This document shows, piece after piece, positions 13,495 through 25,329 of a stretch of DNA of 64,000 nucleotides. The first letter of the stretch is position 1; the number at the start of each line of letters is the position of its first letter. The translations under genes and the position numbers were made by a program. The stretch spans positions 35,774,001-35,838,000 of the forward strand of contig NC_092356.1 of assembly GCF_963676685.1 (NCBI RefSeq), read 5' to 3'. The notes below the pieces were generated by a model. It was not told where the DNA came from. It saw only the letters and a list, made by a program, of their open reading frames with translations, and searched no databases. Source of the DNA: Mytilus edulis. Its lineage: Eukaryota.

Positions 13495-15165
13495 ATGGAC
13501 GTAAATGATAAAAAAGATCTTTGCAGTCCATGCGAATTCAAAAGCAAGACAGAAACAGCTAGAAAATGGTGTACTGAATGTGAAGAGCCCCTTTGTATTA
13601 CCTGTTCTGAGAACCACAATGCAAACAGATATTTCAGGAACCATCATGTGATATCAGTAGAAGGTAACCAGTTGCTAGCATCACTACAGATACCTCTCAA
13701 CGAATACTGTGAAGTTCACGATAAGAAAAAGGACTTGTACTGTTCTTCACATGGAGAGATTATATGTTTGACATGTACGCAGAATACTCATGGAAAATGT
13801 GTGCCAGCTGCACGTTTGAGTGATGTCAGTAAGAACGCTAAAACTTCAACATTTGTCACAATGTTAGAATCAAATATAGCCGACGTCGTAGATCAATTAA
13901 GAGACATTATAAAAGATAGAGAAAACAATAAGGTAGAAATTGAAAAACAAAAAAATGAAATCCTTGAAGAAGTTAGAAGCTATAGAAAATGTATTAACGA
14001 TAAGCTAGACCAGGTAGAAAGTATAATTATTGAAGATTTAAATGGAAAATGCCAAACATTTAACCTGAAAATCGACAACATTGTTATGTTTCTTAACGAT
14101 CACCTGAAAAAGTTTGATGAAATACGAAAACAGATGGATACTTTGAAGGAATATGCGTCAGATACACAAACTTTTATCGGGGCAAAAGCTCTCGGAAAAA
14201 CATTGCATTACAATGAGTCTATGCTTACATCGGTTTTAGAGTTAATCCAAAACATTAACATAACTTTGGAGGTGAATCAAGATATATTCGTTACTTGCGC
14301 AGATATAAAGTCATTCGGGGATATTCGAGTAAACACACTAGATACCGGTTATTGTAATTTGCAGAAAAACAGAGGACAATGCCCCATTGACCACCAATTA
14401 AAACTATCCAAAGCGTTAGAAATCAAGATACCACAGGAATTTTTTTTTAGAAGTATCATATTAAGTTGCGTCATACTTCCGAACAAACAGATGATTTTTG
14501 TAGACTCACATGCTCGTAATAAACGATTAATAGTTCTAAATGAGGATGGAACTCCTAATCGCAATATTAAATTGACCGGTAGGCCATTTGATATCGCCGT
14601 GATTTGCAGTAACAAAATTGCAATTAGTTTCCCATGGTGTACTCGCAATAGAATCGGAATAATCGATTTGACAAATAACAAATCGGAGCCCGACATTGTT
14701 TTTAAAAACAAATGTTATGGTATTTCATACGATAAAGATAGATTGTTTGTCGTCGTCAAGACTGAAGGAATTTTGATAATGGACTTAATTGGAAAGGTAA
14801 GCGCATGCTTACCGATTGAAGGTGTGGGAATATTTTATGTCCATGTTAAAAATGAAAGACTTTACTGTTCTGACGAATGCAATGACACAGTACAGTGTTA
14901 TGATATGGAAGGGTATTCTATTTGGACATATAAAGATTCAAATTTAGTATCACCCAGGTCAATTTCATCAGAAGAAAACTTTATTTTAATAGCAGGATGC
15001 AAAACAAATAATGTTGTGTCCATTTATTTTAATGGAAGTTTTGCAAGCGTAATTTGTGACACAGATGACGGTATAATTAATCCAACAAGTATATATTTTG
15101 ACTCAGGCAATCTTTTAGTATGCAATAGTTCAAATGCAATGGCAATTTTATGTAAGAAAAGGTAA
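13495..15165 (+). CDS. RING-less TRIM-like protein (B-box1, B-box2, coiled coil, NHL-like beta-propeller), 556 aa, copy 1
   Basis: Intact ORF. B-box1 CSPC..WCTECEEPLCITCSENH..HHV; B-box2 CEVH..YCSSH..ICLTC..HGKC; heptad-rich middle; C-terminal blades (PFDIAV, CYGIS, PRSIS, PTSIY). Pyrimidine tract and AG acceptor end 9 nt before the ATG. Confidence 0.93.
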   Translation: MDVNDKKDLCSPCEFKSKTETARKWCTECEEPLCITCSENHNANRYFRNHHVISVEGNQLLASLQIPLNEYCEVHDKKKDLYCSSHGEIICLTCTQNTHGKCVPAARLSDVSKNAKTSTFVTMLESNIADVVDQLRDIIKDRENNKVEIEKQKNEILEEVRSYRKCINDKLDQVESIIIEDLNGKCQTFNLKIDNIVMFLNDHLKKFDEIRKQMDTLKEYASDTQTFIGAKALGKTLHYNESMLTSVLELIQNINITLEVNQDIFVTCADIKSFGDIRVNTLDTGYCNLQKNRGQCPIDHQLKLSKALEIKIPQEFFFRSIILSCVILPNKQMIFVDSHARNKRLIVLNEDGTPNRNIKLTGRPFDIAVICSNKIAISFPWCTRNRIGIIDLTNNKSEPDIVFKNKCYGISYDKDRLFVVVKTEGILIMDLIGKVSACLPIEGVGIFYVHVKNERLYCSDECNDTVQCYDMEGYSIWTYKDSNLVSPRSISSEENFILIAGCKTNNVVSIYFNGSFASVICDTDDGIINPTSIYFDSGNLLVCNSSNAMAILCKKR

Positions 15166-15479
15166 GATTCTTATTATTTATTCTGTTTTATTATTATAAT
15201 CTCCGACGTTTGTTTACAACATTTTTCGGATAAAATAAGATACTTTAATCGCCATAAATCAGGTTTAAAGACGCACATATCCGACCCTCTCTCCCTTTTG
15301 CCAGTCTATTTGAACAAAATCAGATTAAAAAGCTTTACATCGCTGGAGAGTGTTAAATCTTGTAAAGACGTTTTATATAAGTTAACATATTGCGCTCACA
15401 TCTATGTTTACACCCATACTTCATGTTTATTTTGGTTAACTTATGTCCAAATTTATTGTGTTTAACTAATCGCTGTCTA

Positions 15480-16872
15480 GTCCACATTAACACTATATCT
15501 CATGTTTACATTAACTTATTGTTGTCTCATCGACACTGTGTTTGGTCTACGTTTACACTATATCTTATGTTTACATTAACGTATTGTTGTCTCATCGACA
15601 CTGTGTTTGGTCCACGTTTACACTATATCTCATGTTTACATTAACTTATTGTTGTCTCATCGACACTGTGTTTGGTCCATGTTTACACTATATCTCATGT
15701 TTACATTCACTTATTGTTGTCTTCTCATCGACACTGTGTTTGGTCCACGTTTACACTATATCTTATGTTTACATTCACTTATTGTTGTCTCATCGACACT
15801 GTGTTTGGTCCACGTTTACACTATATCTCATGTTTACATTCACTTATTGTTGTCTCATCGACACTGTGTTTGGTCCACGTTTACACTATATCTCATGTTT
15901 ACATTCAATTATTGTTGTTTCATCGACACTGTGTTTGGTCCACGTTTACACTATATCTCATCTTTACATTCACTTATTGTTGTCTCATCGATACTGTGTT
16001 TGGTCCACGTTTACACTATATCTCATGTTTACATTCACTTATTGTTGTCTCATCGACACTGTGTTTGGTCCACGTTTACACTATATCTTATGTTTACATT
16101 AACTTATTGTTGTCTCATCGACACTGTGTTTGGTCTACGTTTACACTATATCTTGTGTTTACACTAACGTATTGTTGTTTCATCGACACTGTGTTTGGTC
16201 CACGTTTACACTATATCTCATGTTTACATTAACTTATTGTTGTCTCATCGACACTGTGTTTGGTCCACGTTTACACTATATCTCATCTTTACATTCACTT
16301 ATTGTTGTCTTCCCATCGACACTGTGTTTGGTCCACGTTTACACTATATCTTATGTTTACATTAACTTATTGTTGTCTCATCGACACTGTGTTTGGTCCA
16401 CGTTTACACTATATCTCATGTTTACATTCACTTATTGTTGTCTCATCGACACTGTGTTTGGTCCACGTTTACACTATATCTCATGTTTACATTCAATTAT
16501 TGTTGTTTCATCGACACTGTGTTTGGTCCACGTTTACACTATATCTCATCTTTACATTCACTTATTGTTGTCTCATCGACACTGTGTTTGGTCCACGTTT
16601 ACACTATATCTCATGTTTACATTCACTTATTGTTGTCTCATCGACACTGTGTTTGGTCCACGTTTACACTATATCTTATGTTTACATTAACGTATTGTTG
16701 TCTCATCGACACTGTGTTTGGTGCACGTTTACACTATATCTCATGTTTACATTCACTTATTGTTGTCTCATCGACACTGTGTTTGGTCCACGTTTACACT
16801 ATATCTCATGTTTACATTCACTTATTGTTGTCTCATCGACACTGTGTGGTCCACGTTTACACTATATCTCAT
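15480..16872. repeat. 65-bp tandem array, about 21 copies, with 588-bp higher-order structure
   Basis: Unit GTCCACGTTTACACTATATCTCATGTTTACATTCACTTATTGTTGTCTCATCGACACTGTGTTTG. 68-bp variants near 15720 and 16308. Confidence 0.97.
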
Positions 16873-17087
16873 AGATATAGGAAGATGTGGTGTGAGTTCC
16901 AATGAGGCAACTCTCCATCCAAAAAACAATTAATTAAAAAAGGTAAACCATTATAGGTCAATGTATGGCCTTCAACACGGAGTCTTGGCTCACACCGAAC
17001 AGCAAGCTATAAAGGGCCCCATAATTACTAGTGTAAAACCATTCAAACGGGAAAACCAACGGTCTAATCTATATAAAAAAACCGAGA
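16873..17087 (-). mobile_element. Truncated family E element inserted in the last satellite unit
   Basis: Matches 11683-11895 and is flanked by a TCAT duplication. Confidence 0.75.
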
Positions 17088-17299
17088 ATCATGTTTACAT
17101 CCAGGTCATGGTGCAAATGATGCTATTTTCCCATTACAATCAGTTATTTTTAAATATTTTGGTTTAAAGAAAAAAACTGTATTGTTGTTTTATAGATTAT
17201 AAAAGTGCATGTTGACAACTTGAATAGAAATATTTTATATTTAAACTTACAAAATGTGGTATGAGTGGTGAACTATTTTCAAGTATAAAATCTGTTTAT

Positions 17300-18020
17300 G
17301 ATAATCATGATAATACTGTGAGCTGTGTAAAGTTAAAAGGAGAATTGTTTGACATTTTCTTTGTAGAAAAGGGAGTATTACAAGGCAAACCATTATCACT
17401 CATACTACTTACAATGTTTTAAATGATTTGAAAATGAGTTTATTGATAGCTTATGTCTGCCAGTGGAGGTTAAAGAACTTTCAAATTATTGAAGCTATGT
17501 ATATCTTGGAGTTATGTTGCATTATAATGGAAAGTTTATATTTCACCTGTTATATAATATAGGGGTTATATAATGCATCTAATTTAAAAAAAAATCTTCA
17601 TATAGAATTCTGTAAACATATTTTGACTGCTTAGAAATTTAGATATGAACTGCTACTGCAATTGTTGATTCTGGTTGATAATTTTAAATTACAGTTTACT
17701 TGACAAAAAAAAAAAACAAACCCGTATATCTACACTGTATTAGATTTTAAATTAAGTATAGACTTTGTTCATACAAGCTAAAATTGAATATTGTAGATTC
17801 ACAAAAAGAGCAAGAAATGAAAGATCAGGTATTTTATGTAACCATAGTGATATTGAGGATGAATTTCATATTATTTTATAATGTCAAAAATATAACAATA
17901 TAAGAAAATTGGTTTATAAAAAAGGTATTAATATACAAATACATCTGTTTGTAAATTAGTTTAGGTATTGTCAACAAAGAATGTAAAGGACTTGTCTAAT
18001 TTAGTTAAATATTTAATATA
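17300..18020 (+). mobile_element. Ancient LINE relic (CR1/L2-like)
   Basis: Degenerate GVLQGKPLS near 17372 and LCNHSDIEDEFHIIL*C near 17835. Confidence 0.5.
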
Positions 18021-19094
18021 CGCCACAGATATAAAATTTTCATTACATTCCTTTGAATGATTTATACTTTGTAGTCTTGAATGATTTATACTTTGTAGTC
18101 TTGCCTCCGATTGCATTTTAAATGTTTTGTTGTGACATACATGTAAATGTTAATGATATACATATCAACTGTATTGCTTCTGGTTAGAAATGAACTATTA
18201 AACACAAAATCGCATGTTTAAATAAACTTATTGTTGTTTCATATATATTTCTTTTGGTCCACATCATATTTCATGTTTAAATAGTTTTATTGTTGTCTCA
18301 TCGACACTCTTTTCAAGTTGGCATCTGAGTTTTTGAATGTCCCTTTTCCCGCCTTTTAGATCTTCTTCAGATAAAGGAAAGACAAGTGACGATAATAGTT
18401 GTTTTATTTGAGCAACATGCATAAATGGAAGGCGTCACAAATGATTCGTTTGTAATATCTATATAAACACTTACGAGACATATCTAATCATTAACGGTTG
18501 AAGTTTCATATGTAATATTATATCTCCTACAATAAAGCATAGTTTTGTTTCCCCAAAATAAATCCTTAATTCTATAGCTTACTCATTTAGAAGATTGCTG
18601 CTTAGAAGCAAACTGAAGGGTTGCTTACATGCAAACTAATTTGATAAGGGTTTTTATTTCTACAAGTTAACTGTTCTAATAAAGGGTTGCTGCTTAGAAG
18701 TTAGCTATTGAAAAGAGATTACTTGTAGCAGCTTTCACTAAGTTGTTTTAAATGATAATTTACAAGTAAGCTGTTTTCTCAGATTGATATTTTCCATCTA
18801 TTGTAGCCACGATACCATCCTCTGTTCCTGGTTTTTACTTGAATACGAATATTCACCTGGGGTTTACTCATATAATCACCACTATGGATCCACTAATAAC
18901 TAAGGAACAGTCTATTTTTCTATGGAATATATTTTGACATGATTGAGGTTTCATCTGATTTTGATTTTGTTTTATGAGTTTTCTGATACGATATTTTACT
19001 TTTAATGTAAGTGTTGTTCCATCGACCATGAGCTTCTCTTACGCGCGTCAGGAAATACATTGATTGTATATCTATTTCGAACATGCACGTTTAG

Positions 19095-22000
19095 TCAATT
19101 CGCCAATAAAGGTTTAGATGCTGTAAATATTAGCAATATTTTCCATCAGAAATCTGTACAAAAATCTATACCCGATAACTTCAAAAATAAAGCTACACCT
19201 GTTATTTCTTATATTACAACAAGTCTATTGCATCCAAGATTTTCAACCACAAGATGTTTTTAGAGGCCTTTAACCTCAAGGATCGTGAAATCCAAACCTC
19301 CGGATTGCTCATGTGCATCGTCACAATACAATTATAGTCCAGCTGGTCATGTTATTACTGGTGACCTTGGCATCGTTATCAATGAACAGCTAAGAGAGTT
19401 GTTAGCCAAAGACTAAAATATAGAATTCCCCAGCCCATCAACTGGAAAAAGAACTGTAAGTTACTGATGGATGCAGTTGAGGACTATGCAAGAAAATGGG
19501 TAAAGCGCGAACCAGACAAACCAGAACTGCACACTTTGTCTGAATGGATCAAAGCTATTCGATCATGCATTCAGAAGCGCATTAAAAAACTACGATGTAC
19601 TATGAGCACAAGAGTTACTAACCCTTTCAATACTCCGGATGTTGTGGATGCTTTATCCGTTTTGCATGACAAATATGTCGTTGTTCCAGCAGATAAAGCC
19701 TCCAATAATATTGTCTTCATATGTAAAAACCATTATTCATGTTATTTGCAATGTCTCACAACAGAGCTTGGAATAAAGATAATTACTGGTAATCCTACAT
19801 ATTCTTTAACATCATTTACCAAGGACGAAATTTTACAAAATCACATTTTTTTTCCTTCTTTCTTTTGGTATCAATATCAAAGAAAACGATACATAGCTGG
19901 GTCATCAAAATGTTAGACTAAACATTTTTCTAAAGTACTGACTACTATTCTTTCTACAGTTAAAGATGGGCTACAAAAATATTGTGATGAGATATATTCT
20001 ACCAGTGGTGTTAACCAGATGTGGATTATCAAAAATTCGAAAGATCTACTGCTTAATCTTCGATCACAATCTTTGCAATTTTGCAGCAACATAAAGACTT
20101 TTGATTTTCTACGCTTTACACTACTATTCCCCATGCTCAGTTGAAAGATCGACTTCACCATCTCATTAAACAGAGCTTATTCTATTAAAATGGGAATCGT
20201 AGATACAAATTTCTTGTTTTGGGTTAACATAATTCATATTTTGTGAAGAACCACACGGAATCTTCCAGAAAATATACTGTAGATGATATTATCAAAATGC
20301 CGAACTTTTTGATCGACAATATATTTTTTTAGTTTGGAGGATTTATATTTCAACAGACAGTCGGTATTCCAATGGGTACTAATTGTGCACTCCTACTGGC
20401 CGATTTGTTTTTGTACTCGTATGAAACAGAATTCATTCAGAACCTTCCAAAAGACAAAAAGAAAAAGCACCTTGCGAAATTCATTTATTTTACTTTCCGA
20501 TATATTGATGATGTCCTATCATTGAATAACCCATATTTCAGCCAATACTTACATCTCATATATTCCAGTGAACTTGAAATTAAGGATACTACTGATACTA
20601 GAAGGACTGTTTCATACCTTGATCGTTTCCTCAATATTGACACAGATGGACGACTTCCCACGAAAATCTATGATAAACGGGACGATTTCAACTTCCCAAT
20701 TATCAATTTCCCTTTCTCAGCAGTAGCATACCCTCTGCCCCTTTGTATGGTGTTTACATATCTAAATTGATACGTTATTCTCGTGCATAGTCCCACTATA
20801 CGTACTTCATATACAAGAGTGTGCTCCTAACGCAAAAACTGCTCTAAACAGTTATGAGGAGGACAGATTAAAAATGACACTCGTAAATTTTACGGACAAC
20901 ATCACGAATTGGTTGATCCATACGATGTGTCTTTGTCCAAACTAACTAAGGACATTTTTACCACGTGTTAGATTGTGGTTTGTCATTACGTCGTCTGATC
21001 TTTTGATTCCCGAAAGTGACTTATTCCCGATTGTGACTGTTTTGCTGAGTGTGAATTCGCATTGCTATAAGACGTGTCACGGTACTTTTCTATCCCAAAT
21101 TCATGTATTTTTTTTTTTATGTTATTTTTGTTATTCTCATCGGATTTTGTCAAATGTCTTAACGTTTGTAGTTGTAAATCTTATTATTTTCTGTTATATT
21201 CGTGTGTTATGGTAAAGATAATTAATCACCCGGTTCATTTGTTAGATTTTAGTTTGGGTCAACGAAATTTATACGATGGGTTTGGTTTACAGTTTGATTC
21301 GGAAGAAGCACCAACATGGCTAGAAGATGCAGTTGATTGTCTGATTACTACCACAGTTTGATATTGATTAGTATTGTGGTTTTTGTTGTTGTTGATAAAT
21401 GTTATATCGGTGTTGCAAATCTAATCTTGAATTCTGTCCTATTTCTATCTTGCTTTTTGGGAAGTTTTTTTTAGAAATTCGAATGTGACGTCGATTTGTG
21501 CGTTGATGGCTTTGGCTAACTCGGCTGTGTATTTTTGTGTGCTGGTTTGGGTTGTTTTATGTGATGTGTCCGTTTTTATTCTGTAGTTAGTCGCCACTTC
21601 GGTTTTATCATGTATATCTATTATCTAGTCATTTTATAAAATTTACTGTTTGCAAAAGCGTGAGTTGTTCTAAATAATAAGGATGTTCTTGTCCCGGGCA
21701 GAGGATCCTGGCCGTATTGGGCACAACTTTTTCGGAACTTTTGGTCCTCAGTGCTCTTCAACTTGTACTTATTTTGGCTTTCGAACTTTTTTCATCTGAG
21801 CATCACTGGTTAGTCTTGTGTGGACGAAGCGCGCGTCTGGCGTATTAAATTTTAAACCTTGTACCTTTTGTTAGCTATTATTCGTGTGTTTCTCTGTCCT
21901 ATATCTTCTCCCATTTATTTGTATTGTAGTCCTGTTATGCAATGTTGTCATTTTAATGTTATATTTAACATTGCCATAAAAGCGGGTGGTTTGGCATGCC

Positions 22001-22245
22001 ACAAAAACAGGTTCAGACCACCATTTTTTCCTTAAAATGTCCTGTACCAAGTCAGAAAAATGGCCATTGTTATATCATAGTTTGTGTCTGTGTTTGTTAC
22101 ATTCTAATGTTGTGTTTCTGTTGTGTCGTAGTTCTCCTCTTATATTTGATGTGTTTCCCGCAGTTTTAGTTTGTAACCCGGATTTGTTTTTGTCTCAATC
22201 GATTTATGAATTTCGAACAGCGGTATACTACTGTTGCCTTTATTT
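19095..22245 (+). mobile_element. Decayed Naiad-type Penelope-like retroelement (5'-truncated) with a long 3' region
   Basis: Frameshifted ORF about 19095-20970: [26 protein letters not shown] (CxC at 19306-19314), VPADKASNN, RYIAGSSKC, MGTNCA.LLADLFLY, FRYIDD, KIYDKRDDF. No C-terminal GIY-YIG. The 3' region ends GCCTTTATTT. Joining RT and tail into one element is inferred from adjacency and from shared sequence with 39697..40760. Confidence 0.78.
21972..22065 (+). ncRNA. Degenerate type-P5 twister motif (family A)
   Basis: P5 GCCAT/ATGGC, P3 CATTTT/AAAATG and the loop CCTG TACCAAGT CAG are present. GAGG is changed to GTGG and TAA to CAG. Confidence 0.55.
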
Positions 22246-22483
22246 ATCTGCGTTTTTTTTGTTAAATGTATAGTGATGTGCGAAATTTTAGTGTCTTGGA
22301 CTATTGTATATTTTCTTGCTTTTTTACACATGTTCAATGGGGTATTTATCTTTCTAAAAAAAAATAACATTAAATAATTCAAAAAGTTTATTAAGTTGAT
22401 TTCCAAAATGATATCACTTCCTTTAAAAATGACGATTTCTGAAATTCGGGTTTCGTTTTGAAAGTTAGACCTAGCATATCCTT

Positions 22484-22711
22484 AACACGACGGGTGCCAC
22501 GTGTGGAGCAGGATTTGGTTACCCTTCCAGAGCACCTCAGATCAACCCCTGATTTCGGTGGGTTTCGTGTTGATTAGTCTTTGGTTTTCTATGTTGTGTT
22601 TTGTGTAATATTGTATATCTGTTTGTCTTTTTCTTTTTTCACCATGTCGTTGTCAGTTTATTTTCGATTTATTAGTTTGAGTATCCCTCTGGTATCTTTA
22701 TTCCCTCTTTT
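22484..22711 (+). mobile_element. Naiad 3'-tail fragment (family B)
   Basis: Matches 43339-43562 and is flanked by TTAAC on both sides. Confidence 0.8.
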
Positions 22712-24652
22712 TTAACGTTCTCAGTCATGACTGGTAATGTTACCAAAGTGAATGGTTTCGAACTGATTCTTCCTGAAAATATAATACTTTTGATTGCAGT
22801 CATCACAATTCTTTAGATATAAGTTATCTCCTTTTCAAAGTGAGTCTTGAAAAAAGAGAAGACAACACCCATAAATAAGAAATCATTTGTTGTTGTCGGA
22901 AATATTAATTTGTTCGATTGTTATGTGCCATATCATCGCGATCGTTTATCACCTATTTTTCCGTCTGATCTTTCGTCAATGACATATCACCGTCACGTTT
23001 TCTCAGTTTTTACCTATAATGATCAAAATGACTTGATATATAGTTCAGCAGTTGGCAGGGATGGTATGACGAAGTTTAAGCGATTTTTCGCTTTTCGGAT
23101 CTGTTCGACAAATTATTCCTCTTTGCTAATATGTTGAATCGTCAGTTTTTGGAATCAACATTTATTTCTGACACATTTCTCTAGTACTACCGAAGCATGA
23201 TTTGACTTAATATTTCGTCAGCAGCTTCGACAGTTGCTTTTCGGATCTGTCAGACCCTTTCTGCCTATTTCTTAAAAGTATGGTTTGTATGGTACACTAG
23301 ACCGAGTGAACAGTCTTGTTTCGTTTGGCAATTGTGTTCTTAACAGTTTTAAATCAAGGATAAATTAAACGGGGATTCTTCTTGCATAATAACCAATCCA
23401 TTAACTACATGTATTATGTAATTCATAACTTTGAGAAAGGGTTGTGGTATGTGTTGCGGACCACTTCAAACTTTGTCCGACGTCTTTTTTCCCCTCACAA
23501 TTGGTTTGTTTTACCTTTCGTTATTTGCAAACTTTTCCCCATTCAGCTTGAGTTTAGTAACAGCATTGAAAAGTTCAAGCATATTGTAAATACTGTTACC
23601 ATATGTGTTTTAAAAAACCTTATTGAACTTTTAATTGTGTGACCAAGTGTGAATGCTACCGTTCATTGATTAAATGCTGATGTACAATTATTGAATGTCT
23701 GCATGTATCATTTTTTAACACTAAGTATGCAGGTTTTGAACATGTCCGAATGATACAAAAGCAAACATCGACACAGGTAACATTTTTGTTGCACTCTTTA
23801 AACATGTTAAACACGCACTACACGAGCAAAGGTTAAATGTCAAGATTTAGAGCAACTCAAGTTCACTTGCATAATTTTATTGAAAGTGTACAAAATGATG
23901 GTTGTAAAATGTCAAGCATATTCTTGGTTTTTGTTAGTGTTCATCAATTTGAATTAAAAATCTACTTAATGATCTATAAAAACTATATCCCATTCAGATG
24001 CAATTGGATTAAACAACAAAAGACACTTCTTCAAAAATTAATTTTCACTATTATAGCAAATGAACATATTGATGCAAAATAAAGTTCATGTCTTTTTTAG
24101 ACATCTAAAATAACACCAGTTTATAAATACCACAAGCAGTTTTTTTTTTTTTTATGAAATTGACTTCACAGGAATGAGATATTCGCCCTCACAAATCGAC
24201 AACAAATTGACAACACCATGACAAAAAAACCCGGAAACAGACGAAAAACGTCTACTAAACACTATATAAATTAATTAAGACTGGGCCACACGAACCCCAC
24301 CAAAAACATACATGCTCGAGAAGGGTAAGCAGGTCCTGCTCAGTATGTTACACGCAATGTGCTGTTAATGTTCTTGCGAATGTGGTATCAAGTCTAATTA
24401 TGTAAGTAACATTTGAGTAAATATTGTGGTTACTACAGTTGGAACATAACCGTCGTCACCAATTCTTGATGGGGTCCGTAAAACTTTCCAAAGGTGACTT
24501 CACCTTCTCACTTTGGAACTCCTGGTTAATAGCTATTTACAGACATAAATAATTTAAAATTAATTTAATTACGTGTTATTTGTATGAAAGGGAATAACAT
24601 AAATACACATATTATTATTTTCGATTGTGATATGTGATATATTTAACAGAGA

Positions 24653-25329
24653 ATAATACATGGCAAACTCCGTATCATATGTCGTATCTCCCCGAGACTT
24701 CAATATCAGCCCAAGGGCCTTTAGGCCCGAGGGATGATATTGGTCGAGAGTGATACGGCATGTGATACGGATTTTGCCATGTATTATACACTTTATCATA
24801 TATTTCAACAGAAGAGTATTATATTATATGAACTGTTTTCTGATCCATAGCACTGGGTTACCTTCAATTCTACTTTTGTCTTGTTTCAAAGGCCTTAAAA
24901 GAACTGCTCAATTACATATCCGACGCACCTGGGTTACCCCCACAATTTGCGTGCTGTTGTTTTAAAAATATTTTGTTTATTATTGTATTAATTTGTGTGT
25001 TTTTCATAGTTGCATTTAGTGTGCCAAAAAATATGAAAACTTGACGTTCGTGACGTCACATACAATATGAAAACTCGACGTTCGTGACGTCACATACCAA
25101 ACAATGACGTCATTCAAAAGTTTACCTATTTTGAGGAAAAATTTTCTTAAGCAAAAAAAAAACCAAAACTGACTTTATGTAAAAAAAAAAAAAAAAAAAA
25201 AAAAAAGTAGGGGTGTGATAAAGGGTATGCGATAAAGGGTGCGCATCAAAGTTGCGCGATATGGATTAAACAGCAGGCTATTTATCACATATGCAAAACT
25301 ACTGTATTTACTACTAAACATATGATAAA
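24653..25329. mobile_element. Long-hairpin non-autonomous element
   Basis: Imperfect palindrome 24653-24787, then TTTATCATAT (24792) and ATATGATAAA (25320). Confidence 0.6.

Noticed and set aside
14349-14711. Minus-strand ORFs over the TRIM genes (also 46711-47058)
   Set aside because: Antisense shadows of real coding sequence.
15480-16872. CRISPR-like array
   Set aside because: Units are contiguous with no unique spacers, and the context is eukaryotic.
15390-16933. Overlapping 170-204 aa His/Cys-rich ORFs
   Set aside because: Artefacts of translating the 65-bp satellite.
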